DNA of 64,000 nt, taken from positions 124,001 to 188,000 of the IMG/VR virus record IMGVR_UViG_3300030041_000009; one strand, 5' to 3'. Position numbers and translations under genes: made by a program. Positions 38,677 to 49,349 of the stretch are shown here, in pieces. A model generated the notes under the pieces. It was not told the DNA's origin and did no database searches. It worked only from the letters and a program-made list of their open reading frames with translations. Position 1 is the first letter of the stretch. Each line of letters begins with the position of its first letter.

Positions 38677-39981
38677 TTATATAACAATCATTCTTATATT
38701 ATTAGTACTAGAAATAGATCCCATATAACAACTTATTATATCATTATTAGCTATTTCACCTGGAACAGAAATAAATATATTACTATTTGTACCGACAGGT
38801 GTATTATGTATATACCATTGAAATGTTGGATTTGAATAACATTGAATATTTGCGTAAAATGTAACACTATCACTACTATTTATAGTATATTTATCTGCGG
38901 TAATTTCAAATATTGGTTGTAATATATTAATATAAATAACATTACTGGTATATCCAGTTAAAACATCAATAAAATCATTATCTATAATTGTACAATAAAT
39001 CATATCATTGTTATTAAAATTATTATATGAAAAATTACTATTATTAGATCCAACTGGTATATTAATTCCAGTTCTTGTTATAAACCATTTATAATTAATA
39101 TTTTGTGAATATCCTAAATTTGTTGATGTAAAGTTAATAATATTAGTTGAACATGTAGAAATAATATTTGTACCAAAATTAGGTTGTATATTAATAGATG
39201 ATATAGTTATACTATTATTACCTTCAATCATTGAAATATTTTGAGTTACTTTCTCATCTAAATTGATATGCACATTAATAGTATTTATTATAAATCCAGG
39301 AGAATAACATTTTATTAAATTATCTCCTGATGCCGCATTTATGATATAATATCCATTTGAATCTGTTGTATGTATTATTTTTGTTCCTGATACTGTAATT
39401 AATGCTCCTGATATCGGTATATTTCCTATACTAATAATACCACTAATTGTAGCAAATCCAGCATTAAGAATACTACAGTTATAAAATACAACTCCATCAG
39501 ATACAGAGTTATATAAATATCCACCTCTACATGATATTTTACTGATTTGTTGATTTGCTAATGAATAACCAATCGGTATATCATTATAATGTCTATTTAT
39601 TACTATTTCATTTTTAAATTGATTAACGTATAATATTTTATATCCTAAATAAAATCTATTACTTCCCTCATCAGGTATAGAAGGATTTTCAAGATTAAAT
39701 ATATTTGGCTCTGTATTTGTTGAAGTATAAGTAATATATGCAGTGTCACCAACTATAAAATTACTTTGAACTTCGGTATAAAGTTTTATATAACCATTCC
39801 AATTAGAATAAATTTCTAATATATTAACAGCATTTTTAACATTAATATAATCATTAGTTTTTTGAGTCACTTGGGATTTTATTAAATTCATATTACCATT
39901 CAATGATGATGATACATTTGATGATGATACTCCAGATGTATTTATTGTTACTCTATTTGCTGCTATTTTTATTGTTGGCAC
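38677..39981 (-). CDS. Putative virion protein with carboxypeptidase-regulatory-like and Ig-like domains
   Basis: PISGALITV..TDSNGYY; two YxW..PVGxN repeats. Confidence 0.65.
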   Translation of the reverse strand: MPTIKIAANRVTINTSGVSSSNVSSSLNGNMNLIKSQVTQKTNDYINVKNAVNILEIYSNWNGYIKLYTEVQSNFIVGDTAYITYTSTNTEPNIFNLENPSIPDEGSNRFYLGYKILYVNQFKNEIVINRHYNDIPIGYSLANQQISKISCRGGYLYNSVSDGVVFYNCSILNAGFATISGIISIGNIPISGALITVSGTKIIHTTDSNGYYIINAASGDNLIKCYSPGFIINTINVHINLDEKVTQNISMIEGNNSITISSINIQPNFGTNIISTCSTNIINFTSTNLGYSQNINYKWFITRTGINIPVGSNNSNFSYNNFNNNDMIYCTIIDNDFIDVLTGYTSNVIYINILQPIFEITADKYTINSSDSVTFYANIQCYSNPTFQWYIHNTPVGTNSNIFISVPGEIANNDIISCYMGSISSTNNIRMIVI

Positions 39982-40196
39982 GATATAAAATATTATTTTT
40001 CTTATATATAAAAAATATTAATTTCAAATAATAATATCTATATTTATTTGGTAGGTAATTTATAAATAGTTATATTTGGATAACTAATAATTTTGAACAT
40101 CGTGATAAATATCAAAAATATTATGATAAATCAATTATAATGTTAAGAGAAGAAAAACTTAAAAAACTCAGTAAAATTTAATTTTTACTGAGTTTT

Positions 40197-41018
40197 TTAA
40201 TAATTCATTATTATTATTTCTTTTGAATTTTTTGTATTTTTATTTCTAGCAACTTTTTCATAGTCGAAATCTAAAATTTTATATCTATAGCCATCAGATA
40301 TTAGATCATCTATAAGTTTAGATCTTTTGCCATTTTTATGCTCGCCTACAACTCCAGACATCATAAAAGAACATCCTTTTTTATCTAACTCTTTACAATA
40401 ATCATATAATTTATTACCATCACTATTAGAAAAATAATTATTATATCCAGCTTCAGTTTCTAAATATGGTGGATCTAAATATACCATACAAGGTTTTAAT
40501 ATTTTAACATCAGAAAAATGTTTTGATGAAAATAATATTTTATCTTTATATGGTTGAATATAATCAATAAATAAATCTAATTTTTTTTGTGTACTATTTG
40601 AAAAATTTCTACGACCAAAAGTCTGATTATATTCAAATTTTTTATTAAATCTCATCATATTATTAGTTGAGCATAACATCAAAGCATATAAACCTTCTGG
40701 TGTATTATTTTCATTGTATTCTTTTCTTAATTTATTAAATCCGTCTTGATCATCTTTTTCTACACATAAATTTTTAACTTTATTTATGAACATTTCAGAA
40801 TTATAAATTGTTTCTTTATGTATATCGATTAAATCTTTTATAATGTCATTAAGTAATACTTTTTTATATTTATCAACAACATTAAATCCTACAACTCCGC
40901 TACCTGCAAACAAATCTATAAAATAATCTTTTTCATAATCCATCTCTATTAATATTGGATCTAAAATTTTATATTTAGATCCAGTGAAATTTAGTGCTGT
41001 GTTTATATAATTACTCAT
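40197..41018 (-). CDS. dam: DNA adenine methyltransferase (Dam/D12 class)
   Basis: NFTGSK, DLFAGSG, LND, YLDPPY. Confidence 0.88.
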   Translation of the reverse strand: MSNYINTALNFTGSKYKILDPILIEMDYEKDYFIDLFAGSGVVGFNVVDKYKKVLLNDIIKDLIDIHKETIYNSEMFINKVKNLCVEKDDQDGFNKLRKEYNENNTPEGLYALMLCSTNNMMRFNKKFEYNQTFGRRNFSNSTQKKLDLFIDYIQPYKDKILFSSKHFSDVKILKPCMVYLDPPYLETEAGYNNYFSNSDGNKLYDYCKELDKKGCSFMMSGVVGEHKNGKRSKLIDDLISDGYRYKILDFDYEKVARNKNTKNSKEIIIMNY

Positions 41019-41274
41019 TATTAGATATTTCTTTTAATCTTTTTAATCTTTTATTTCGTATGAAAGCTGTTATATTTTTTTCTTCAATAACTTTAACTTC
41101 AGACCAGCAATTTGAGCACATATAATCACCTTCTAATTCATAACAACTATTATAAATTTTATTGCATTCTTTGCAATAATAGACATTATTTTCTTTTATT
41201 TCTCCAAACATTCTATGCATATTCATTAGTTTTTTATGATGTGCTGTTATTAGTTTTTCATGATGTGCTGTCAT
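41011..41274 (-). CDS. Zn-finger small protein with RxKRL tag
   Basis: CKEC..CSNC; N-terminal 24-bp tandem repeat. Confidence 0.6.
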   Translation of the reverse strand: MTAHHEKLITAHHKKLMNMHRMFGEIKENNVYYCKECNKIYNSCYELEGDYMCSNCWSEVKVIEEKNITAFIRNKRLKRLKEISNNE

Positions 41275-41281
41275 TAGTTTT

Positions 41282-41482
41282 TCATGATATATTATTATCT
41301 AAACTTCTAATATTTAATAATTTATTTTTTCTTTCTTTTTTCAGAAATGTATTTTTTATTGATAATGCTGTTTTAGGATTGACTATAATATAAGAAGAAT
41401 CATTAGAAATCATTATTTTATTATCTTCCATATATAAATCGCAATATATGATAATTCCAGGTAAAGTAAAAAAATTATACAT
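41282..41482 (-). CDS. Hypothetical protein with RKxKL tag
   Basis: ERKNKLLNI. Confidence 0.55.
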   Translation of the reverse strand: MYNFFTLPGIIIYCDLYMEDNKIMISNDSSYIIVNPKTALSIKNTFLKKERKNKLLNIRSLDNNIS

Positions 41483-41508
41483 TATTGAATTTTATTTTTT
41501 TGAATATA

Positions 41509-41832
41509 TTAATCTTTCATAAAAAATAAATTATATTCGCCTGCTATATCTGTTAATCTTTTATTAATATCATCAACTACATCATCATATTTATCAATCG
41601 TATTTTTATTATCCATAAAATATACTTCCCATAACCAGCCTCTTAATTCTTGTAAATTATCAAAAGTTTCAATAAATTCTGTAACCCTATTTGAATCATC
41701 TAAATATACTTCAATTAGCAAATTAGAATACGGTTCAATACAAACTACAGAATCTATTTCAATATAGTTATCATTTTTATATACTTCAATATCTACAATA
41801 GTCATTTTTTTATATTTTAATCTAAAATTCAT
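41509..41832 (-). CDS. Hypothetical protein
   Basis: ORF track. Confidence 0.6.
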   Translation of the reverse strand: MNFRLKYKKMTIVDIEVYKNDNYIEIDSVVCIEPYSNLLIEVYLDDSNRVTEFIETFDNLQELRGWLWEVYFMDNKNTIDKYDDVVDDINKRLTDIAGEYNLFFMKD

Positions 41833-41857
41833 TTTATATTTTCTTTTTTATTTATAT

Positions 41858-42226
41858 TCAATTATTACAAATTTGTTTTAATTTTTCCAATTTTTCTTTC
41901 CGTTTTAAGATATTATAATCTATAAATTTATACATATTCCAATCAGGATAATCATTATAATCACTATAATTTCTACAATAAAATCTAAATTCAGTATAAT
42001 TATCATATCTTTCAACATCAATTAACGCAATTGTTTCTTTTTTATTTAATCCTTTTTGGAAATTTTTTAAAATATATTCTCTATTTTCAAAAAATCTATC
42101 ATGTTCAGATAAGGTTTTAGAAAAATCTATTTCTTTTGTTGCCATGTCAATAAAATCTAAAAAATTATTATATTTTTTACATATAATTGCAATATAATTA
42201 TATTGTAATGCTAGTTCTTTAATCAT
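41858..42226 (-). CDS. Hypothetical protein with RKxKL tag
   Basis: KRKEKLEKL. Confidence 0.65.
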   Translation of the reverse strand: MIKELALQYNYIAIICKKYNNFLDFIDMATKEIDFSKTLSEHDRFFENREYILKNFQKGLNKKETIALIDVERYDNYTEFRFYCRNYSDYNDYPDWNMYKFIDYNILKRKEKLEKLKQICNN

Positions 42227-42986
42227 ATTTTACATTTATTTTAGAATCATTATAAAATTTTTCAACTCTTTCACTACCAATAAAATCACATTTTTTATTA
42301 ATACATCCTTTTGCTGTTGTTCCGATGCCCATAAAAGGATCATAAATTAAAGAATTTTCAGGAAAATATATATTTATTAATTTTTCTACAAATTCACTTG
42401 AGTATGATGCTTTAAGTTCAGATTTAAATCCGTCATTATTTTTTGCTTCAATAAGATTAGTATAATTTTTATAAAATTTCTGGCCAGTTCTTTCATTTAT
42501 CGAACTTACTTCTTTATTAGCTTTAAATGTATTTAAATAATCTTTATGTACAATTATATAAACCAATTCACATAGTCTTGTTACTTTGTTTGGACTTGTT
42601 TGAAATGGACTGGCTGAGTTCTTTTTCCATATTACAATATCTGTAAGTGTTAGATTAGTTTCTTCATTAATCTTATTTAAAAGAAGAGTTGGTAAAATAG
42701 GGTTATCTCCTGAATATGACATATTATAACAAATTACTCCATCATATTTAAGTATTCTATCAAATTCTTTAAATTCATTTAATCTTATTTTTAAATATTC
42801 TTTAATAGTAAGATTATCAATATTATTTTCATATAAATTGAAATCATCTTGATCTTTTCGTCTATGATTAGGATTTTTGCCTAAATTATAAGGCGGACTG
42901 CATATAATTCCATTTAAAAATTGATTAGACATTCTGTTCATAGTGATCAAATTATCCTCATTATATATTTTATTTATTTCTATCAT
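42219..42986 (-). CDS. DNA methyltransferase, beta class (N4-C/N6-A)
   Basis: SPPY before DPFMGIGTT. Confidence 0.88.
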   Translation of the reverse strand: MIEINKIYNEDNLITMNRMSNQFLNGIICSPPYNLGKNPNHRRKDQDDFNLYENNIDNLTIKEYLKIRLNEFKEFDRILKYDGVICYNMSYSGDNPILPTLLLNKINEETNLTLTDIVIWKKNSASPFQTSPNKVTRLCELVYIIVHKDYLNTFKANKEVSSINERTGQKFYKNYTNLIEAKNNDGFKSELKASYSSEFVEKLINIYFPENSLIYDPFMGIGTTAKGCINKKCDFIGSERVEKFYNDSKINVKYD

Positions 42987-43257
42987 TTATCTTTTTTAAT
43001 TTTTTTAATTTTTTCAAGCGTATAGTTTTAATATTATCAATTTTATATTCAGAATTATAATCCCAATTAGTATACGATAATAATATTCCAAATAAATGAA
43101 TATTTAAATCAAAACATATATCTTTTATATTTCCTTTTTTAGCACCATTTGTATAACATTTGAATTTGAAAAAATATTTTATATGAAAATTTATAGTTAT
43201 AGATTTACTACAATATATTTTTTTACTTCCTATTTTTTTATAAAACCATATTGTCAT
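42970..43257 (-). CDS. Hypothetical protein with RxKKL tag
   Basis: IRLKKLKKL. Confidence 0.6.
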   Translation of the reverse strand: MTIWFYKKIGSKKIYCSKSITINFHIKYFFKFKCYTNGAKKGNIKDICFDLNIHLFGILLSYTNWDYNSEYKIDNIKTIRLKKLKKLKKINDRNK

Positions 43258-43702
43258 TTAATTTAATTATTTTTTTCTTTCTGATAATTTTTTTACATAA
43301 TTCAATTTCATTCAAAAATATTTTATCTGGATTATTTATATCTCCATAGTATGAAGCAATATTTTTATCATTGATATAAATATACATAAATAGTGCATTA
43401 ACGTGAGTATAATCAAGTTCGAGTTTTAATATATCCTTATTATATAATGTGATATCATATTCAAAACTATCTTTTTTCTTAATTAATAAATAATTATATT
43501 TTTTACCAACCACAACAATATTATCATAATTTTCTGTAATAAAATAATTTTCACGTTTAGTTCTACATTTAGAATTTGTATATATTCTAAAGGTATAGCC
43601 AGTACCATTTTTAATATAAGATTCATAAATAAAATATTCTATATTTTCTATTTTGATTGAATATTTATTTTCTACAATTTCAAGTTTAAAATCTTTAATC
43701 AT
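43238..43702 (-). CDS. Hypothetical protein with RKxKI tag
   Basis: IRKKKIIKL. Confidence 0.6.
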   Translation of the reverse strand: MIKDFKLEIVENKYSIKIENIEYFIYESYIKNGTGYTFRIYTNSKCRTKRENYFITENYDNIVVVGKKYNYLLIKKKDSFEYDITLYNKDILKLELDYTHVNALFMYIYINDKNIASYYGDINNPDKIFLNEIELCKKIIRKKKIIKLNDNMVL

Positions 43703-44549
43703 TTATGCTATCATTTATTTTTTTAATTTTTTCACGTCGATAATATGATATGTCTTTTGTATCTATTACTAAAAATTGATTTTCTGCAGAACCACCAATA
43801 GTTTCAATTGAATAATACATTTCATATGTTATATTATATGGAGTTTCAATTTTGTTAAATATTATATTTTTATTATTATCTGAATATATAAAGCAATGAA
43901 CTCCATTATTATCTATTGAATTTTTTCTACCTAGAATAATATAATTTTCTTTAATTGAATTAACTATTTCATATTTAATATTATTTATATCATAAATATA
44001 TTTGTTTATACAATTATGAGTTTTATAATTTGAAATATAAAAATTAGGATGACCATATCTACCTTTTGTTGTTATATAATTACTAGCACTTATAATTCTA
44101 GAACAAATATTATTTTTTATTTTTTTTTGTTTATCATTAGGTAATTCTTGATTATATTTTTTTTCTATTTTATCTATAATAATATCAAAGTAATCATCAT
44201 TTTTTGAATCTAATTTTAAATTTTCTCTATTTTTATTACCTAATTCTAAAATTATAGGTATAAATTTATTTTTTAGTTCATTAATTATACCAGATTTTAA
44301 ATATTTAGTTATTTGTTCTTCATTATATTTTTTATTTATATCAAATGTTAATTTTATAAGATTTATAGTTTTACTACAAAGATTTACACTTAGATTTGGA
44401 TATGACATCCTAGTTAAACTAGCTGGAGTAGTCATAGGATTTACATAATTTTGCATATCTATATAATTAATCTCGCATTTTAAATTATTTACAGGAGATA
44501 TAGAGAATAAATCATTATCTAGTTCTGATATATTAATTATTGGATTCAT
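43695..44549 (-). CDS. Hypothetical protein with RxxKI tag
   Basis: RREKIKKI. Confidence 0.65.
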   Translation of the reverse strand: MNPIINISELDNDLFSISPVNNLKCEINYIDMQNYVNPMTTPASLTRMSYPNLSVNLCSKTINLIKLTFDINKKYNEEQITKYLKSGIINELKNKFIPIILELGNKNRENLKLDSKNDDYFDIIIDKIEKKYNQELPNDKQKKIKNNICSRIISASNYITTKGRYGHPNFYISNYKTHNCINKYIYDINNIKYEIVNSIKENYIILGRKNSIDNNGVHCFIYSDNNKNIIFNKIETPYNITYEMYYSIETIGGSAENQFLVIDTKDISYYRREKIKKINDSIND

Positions 44550-44796
44550 AGTATTGGTTTAATATTTTTAATTTATATTTTCTAAATATTTTATTATGTG
44601 TTAATATAGATAATAAATATTCGGCATATAAAAATACTGTAGAATCATAATTATTTTTATTAGAAATTATATTATTAATATATTTTAATGCTTCATTATA
44701 TTTAGATTCTGAAAAATTTATAAATTTAGATTCTATTGCATCACTAAAATATTCAGCATATTTTTCTAATTTTTGAACTACATTATTATCTTTCAT
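44533..44796 (-). CDS. Hypothetical protein with RKxKL tag
   Basis: FRKYKLKIL. Confidence 0.6.
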   Translation of the reverse strand: MKDNNVVQKLEKYAEYFSDAIESKFINFSESKYNEALKYINNIISNKNNYDSTVFLYAEYLLSILTHNKIFRKYKLKILNQYYESNN

Positions 44797-44873
44797 TTTT
44801 ATAAATTATTTTTTATTTTTATAGATAAAAAAAAGCTTTTAGTTTTTTAATATATAAAGAAAAAAGAATATTA

Positions 44874-45455
44874 ATGGAAAAATTTACACAAATAAAAGAC
44901 ATACCAGTTATACCAGATGAAGAAGTATTATTTAATGGTAAATATTTAGATATGATTCAATATAAAGAAAATGAAATACTAAAAGGTCATGATTGTGTTG
45001 CTATATTACCATATTTCAGAGATGAGGCAACATTTCTTATGAGATTAGAATATCTTACAGCATATCAACATAAAAATAGAGAAATACCAAATCTTAGAAA
45101 TGTAACTAATTATTTAACCGTAATTACAGGAAGTATAGAAAAAAATGAAACTCCAGAACAAACAATAAGAAGAGAATTATATGAAGAAGGTGGTATAGTT
45201 TTAAATAATTTATATCCATTTGATATTGAAGGACCTTTTTTTACAGATAAATATAGTACTAATCAAGTATATCTTTGTTTTTTAGAGCTACCAGTAAATA
45301 CTTATCGTCAAATGAAACCACCTACTGATGGATCAAAAAATGAAAAATTATCTAAATGTATACGAGTTTCTATTGCTGATGTTAATCAAATAGTAAATAA
45401 TGACTTAATTACTAAATGTTTAATAACAAAATTACTAAAAAGAATTGAATCATAA
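44874..45455 (+). CDS. NUDIX hydrolase
   Basis: Nudix box GSIEKNETPEQTIRRELYEEGG. Confidence 0.85.
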   Translation: MEKFTQIKDIPVIPDEEVLFNGKYLDMIQYKENEILKGHDCVAILPYFRDEATFLMRLEYLTAYQHKNREIPNLRNVTNYLTVITGSIEKNETPEQTIRRELYEEGGIVLNNLYPFDIEGPFFTDKYSTNQVYLCFLELPVNTYRQMKPPTDGSKNEKLSKCIRVSIADVNQIVNNDLITKCLITKLLKRIES

Positions 45456-45787
45456 TGAAGCATTTGAAATTATATGAGGAGTATGAAGATTCAAATGAGC
45501 CAGAAGTTGGTGATTATATATTAGCAAAATGGAAAAACGCTGATGATGATCATCCTGCGAATATTTTTGTAACAAATAATATAGGGCAATTAATTAAAAT
45601 AGAAAAAGATATGTATAATATTGTTACATATTTAGTAAAATATAATAATATACCAAAAGAAATAGATATATATAAATCTATGAATAATGATACTTCGTTT
45701 AGATTTAAAAAAGAAGATTTAATAAAATATTCAAAAAATAAAGAATATTTAGAAATGATATTACAAACAAATAAATTTAACATATGA
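45455..45787 (+). CDS. Dual-tag family, VGDY subfamily
   Basis: MKHLKLYE ... NKFNI. Confidence 0.75.
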   Translation: MKHLKLYEEYEDSNEPEVGDYILAKWKNADDDHPANIFVTNNIGQLIKIEKDMYNIVTYLVKYNNIPKEIDIYKSMNNDTSFRFKKEDLIKYSKNKEYLEMILQTNKFNI

Positions 45788-46119
45788 AATATATAAAAGA
45801 ATACGAAAAATTGAATGTAAATGAACCAGAAGTTGGTGATTATGTAATAGGATATAGTAATCTTGAATTTTTTACTGAAGTTAACGATTTTACTAAAAAT
45901 AATATTGGTAAACTAATTGAAATATTAGAGAGTAAATATGATGATATTGATGATTCTTATTTGATAGAATATTATCATATACCAGATGAATTAAGTTTTT
46001 TTAAATTTGCTGAATATGGAGATAATATATTAGCATTAAATAAAGAAGATATAAAATATTGGTCTAAAAATAAAAAAGAATTAAAACTTATATTACAATC
46101 AAATAAATTTAACATATGA
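45784..46119 (+). CDS. Dual-tag family, VGDY subfamily
   Basis: MKYIKEYE ... NKFNI. Confidence 0.75.
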   Translation: MKYIKEYEKLNVNEPEVGDYVIGYSNLEFFTEVNDFTKNNIGKLIEILESKYDDIDDSYLIEYYHIPDELSFFKFAEYGDNILALNKEDIKYWSKNKKELKLILQSNKFNI

Positions 46120-46553
46120 AACATATTAAAGAATATACCATATTTGAAGGAGAATATTATACAGACGATGATATTAAACGTATGAAAGATAATTTACCTA
46201 AATTTGCAAAATATATTAGGAAAATTATCATGAATTTTGGTTATGAGTGCGTTAATTTTAGTGAAGACGAAGATATTCAATTCTCATTTTATTTAAAGAA
46301 TACTGAAAAAGTGTTATTTTCTATAATGACGGGAAATGATGAATACTTTGTTTTAGATTCATTTAATAATAGTAACGATATTATTATTTCATCTATACCT
46401 GAATATATGAAAACAATAAAAGGAATAAGATTTAATAAAAAAGTAAGTGATGAATATGAATTTTATATTGAAGGAAATGTTAATGATATTATTAATCAAA
46501 TAGATAATGAAAAAATAAAATTGTTCGCAATTACAAATAAATTTAACATATGA
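46116..46553 (+). CDS. Dual-tag family protein
   Basis: MKHIKEYTIFE ... NKFNI. Confidence 0.75.
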   Translation: MKHIKEYTIFEGEYYTDDDIKRMKDNLPKFAKYIRKIIMNFGYECVNFSEDEDIQFSFYLKNTEKVLFSIMTGNDEYFVLDSFNNSNDIIISSIPEYMKTIKGIRFNKKVSDEYEFYIEGNVNDIINQIDNEKIKLFAITNKFNI

Positions 46554-46897
46554 AATATATAAAAACATTTGAAACTAGTAATAAAAGACTCAATTTAGGA
46601 GACTATGTTATATGCAAGGAAATTCCTGATATGTTTGATAAAGAAAATTATAAAGATATTATTGAATTTGAAAAAAATAATATAGGTAAATATGTAAAAT
46701 ATATTCCTGATAATGGAAAATTCAAATATGCTATTTATTATGATGATTTACCTCAAAAATTTAAAGATAAATTTTTTATGAAAGAAGGCGATATAGATAA
46801 ATATTGTAGAGTAATGTCTAGAAATGAAATAAATTATAATTCTAAAAATAAAGAAGAGTTAGAAGCAATAATAGCGGCAAAAAAATTTAATATATGA
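46550..46897 (+). CDS. Dual-tag family, GDYV subfamily
   Basis: MKYIKTFE ... KKFNI. Confidence 0.75.
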   Translation: MKYIKTFETSNKRLNLGDYVICKEIPDMFDKENYKDIIEFEKNNIGKYVKYIPDNGKFKYAIYYDDLPQKFKDKFFMKEGDIDKYCRVMSRNEINYNSKNKEELEAIIAAKKFNI

Positions 46898-47306
46898 AAC
46901 ATTTAAAAATATATGAAGACATTAATGAAGTCACTGATATAAAAAAATATTAAGTCATTTAAATAAATTTTTTAGTTTTTATGGAATTAATTATTCAAAT
47001 TATTTTGAAAATAGAACATATGAAACAGAATATTTTATTTCAGATAGAAGATTATTATTTGATATATCAGTAGATAATATTCTTGGTAAACATTTATCTA
47101 TTAGAATAGAGAATAATGAATCATTTTATAAATATATATTAGAATATTTTAAAACTATAAAAGGATTAGAAATTTATTCTGAATATTCAAATAGAATAAA
47201 ATTTGATATAATTGGTAATATAAATGATATTATTGAACAAATAACAAATGATGATTTTGACTCTAAATATGAAATATATAAAATGACAAGTAAATTTAAC
47301 TTATGA
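46894..47306 (+). pseudogene. Frameshifted dual-tag gene (paralog of 46116..46553)
   Basis: MKHLKIYE start; a -1 shift at A7 (46941-46947) restores an open frame to SKFNL. Confidence 0.75.
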
Positions 47307-47632
47307 AATATATTAAAACATTTGAAAATATAAGTAAAAAATTTAAAGTTGGTCAATATGTAATAGTTAAATACATATCATATACTCCACAATTATATGA
47401 TTTTTTAAATAACAATATAGGAAAAATTGTTAGTATAACTGAGCATTTTGAAATACCAAAATATATTATATATAATGTGAAATATGAAAATATTCCAGAT
47501 GATATAAAATGGGCATTTAATGGTAGAAATAAAAATTTATATAAAGCATATTCAAATGAGTTAAAATTAGCAACTGATAAAGAAATAAAAAAATATAAAT
47601 TGAATATTATTGCAAATAAATTTAACATATGA
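47303..47632 (+). CDS. Dual-tag family, VGxYV subfamily
   Basis: MKYIKTFE ... NKFNI. Confidence 0.75.
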   Translation: MKYIKTFENISKKFKVGQYVIVKYISYTPQLYDFLNNNIGKIVSITEHFEIPKYIIYNVKYENIPDDIKWAFNGRNKNLYKAYSNELKLATDKEIKKYKLNIIANKFNI

Positions 47633-48027
47633 AATATTTAAAAACATTTGAATCATTAGAAACAAAAATAACTATTGAATTATTTGATTTTTGTGAATTT
47701 TTTGGTATGCATGAAGCTATTAAAAAATTAATAATATTAAAAGATAATTCAAAAGCAGTTGGATTTACTATTAATATTAATACAAATAAACATTATTATA
47801 AAAAATCTGATAATATTGAGATGCTTGAAATAAATATACATAATGATTTTTATATTAATGATGGTGATTCAATTGGATTAAGAATAGGTGATTATGGTTT
47901 TAGTTATGGTTATTTAAGAGCATTAAACGAAAAAGGTTCTCCAGGAATTATTATAAATTTTTACAATGTAGATATTGAAGATGATAATATATTACTTTAT
48001 ATTAAATCTAAAAAATATAATATATGA
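47629..48027 (+). CDS. Dual-tag family protein
   Basis: MKYLKTFE ... KKYNI. Confidence 0.7.
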   Translation: MKYLKTFESLETKITIELFDFCEFFGMHEAIKKLIILKDNSKAVGFTININTNKHYYKKSDNIEMLEINIHNDFYINDGDSIGLRIGDYGFSYGYLRALNEKGSPGIIINFYNVDIEDDNILLYIKSKKYNI

Positions 48028-48046
48028 TACAAAAAAAATTTAATTT

Positions 48047-48235
48047 ATGAAAAATTTAAAAACATTTGAAGAATATGTTGGTGTTGAATATGTTCCATAT
48101 AAACCACAGCACAAATCATATAAAAATGAAGAGAAAAAGAAAAAGAAAAAGAAAAAAGGTGGAGGTACACTTGAGCCAGTTGATGTAATGCCCAATAAAA
48201 CAAAAGATATGGTATCATTTCAAACAAAATTTTAA
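48047..48235 (+). CDS. Small Lys-rich protein with N-terminal tag
   Basis: MKNLKTFEE; poly-Lys run. Confidence 0.6.
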   Translation: MKNLKTFEEYVGVEYVPYKPQHKSYKNEEKKKKKKKKGGGTLEPVDVMPNKTKDMVSFQTKF

Positions 48236-48238
48236 ATT

Positions 48239-48898
48239 ATGAAATATATAAAAAAATATGAGAGTAACGATGATATTGTATATTCAGTAAATGATATTGT
48301 AATTTGTTCTACAAAATTTGACGCATATCGTGACTATACAGGTAGAATAACTCAGTATGGTGAATTAGAATATGGTAATGAAAAAGAAATTAAATATGGT
48401 AGAGAATATAAAGTTATACAAATATATTGGAGTGGAAGAGGTTATAGGAATGTAACAACTAATTTATTATATAATGCTTATGTAGATGTTCAAGATATTA
48501 AAACAGATGAAATAATAACTATGAAAAATGCATATATGTTTACATTGAAATCTGACTGGAAGATTCCAGATGAACCAATGATAGGAGATTATGTATTATG
48601 CGAAATAAATAGTAATAGATATAGTGATGACGACAATATTTTTGATGAATATATAAATAATAACATTGGAAGAGTTATTAGACAAAACGAGAAAAATACA
48701 TATGTAATTGAATATAGAGATATACCTAAAAAAATGATAGGAGAGATAAATCAGTTTTATAATGATACAAATCCTATTATTAAAAATCTAGGAAAACATG
48801 AATTTAGAATTAAAGATATTAAATTATATTCTAAAAGCAAAAAAGAGGTTGAAGATTATTTAAAGATAAAAAAATCTACCAACAAATTTAATTTATAA
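48239..48898 (+). CDS. Dual-tag family, two-domain fusion
   Basis: MKYIKKYE ... IGDYV domain ... NKFNL. Confidence 0.75.
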   Translation: MKYIKKYESNDDIVYSVNDIVICSTKFDAYRDYTGRITQYGELEYGNEKEIKYGREYKVIQIYWSGRGYRNVTTNLLYNAYVDVQDIKTDEIITMKNAYMFTLKSDWKIPDEPMIGDYVLCEINSNRYSDDDNIFDEYINNNIGRVIRQNEKNTYVIEYRDIPKKMIGEINQFYNDTNPIIKNLGKHEFRIKDIKLYSKSKKEVEDYLKIKKSTNKFNL

Positions 48899-49013
48899 AA
48901 ATCTATAATTTAATTATAGATTTTTTAATTTTAATAACTTATAATTACGAAATTTATTTTTACATTTTTCATAATTTAATTCAACTCCATCTAAATAAAA
49001 ATCTATAATTTAA

Positions 49014-49349
49014 TTATAGTTCTTTTAATTTTAATAATTTGTATTTACGAAATCCATTTTTCCAAGTATCATAACTTAATTCAACTCCATTCAAATAATA
49101 TTTTTTATTAATAATTATTTCATTATCTTTTTTATATAATATAGATGGTCCGAAATCATTATGAAATGCATTATTTTTATAATATGATATTTCAATATTA
49201 TTATTTAATTCATGTATTATTTTCACATATTTATATTTTTGTATAAATTTAGTAATAAATTTAACATCATCTTTATCTATAGAATTAAATTTTAATGAAT
49301 GATATTCTATTTCATGCTCTATTACTATATCTGATTTGTGGTTATTCAT
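49014..49349 (-). CDS. Protein with HxxxGPS/YYLNG unit and RKxKL tag
   Basis: FHNDFGPSI..YYLNG; FRKYKLLKL. Confidence 0.65.
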   Translation of the reverse strand: MNNHKSDIVIEHEIEYHSLKFNSIDKDDVKFITKFIQKYKYVKIIHELNNNIEISYYKNNAFHNDFGPSILYKKDNEIIINKKYYLNGVELSYDTWKNGFRKYKLLKLKEL

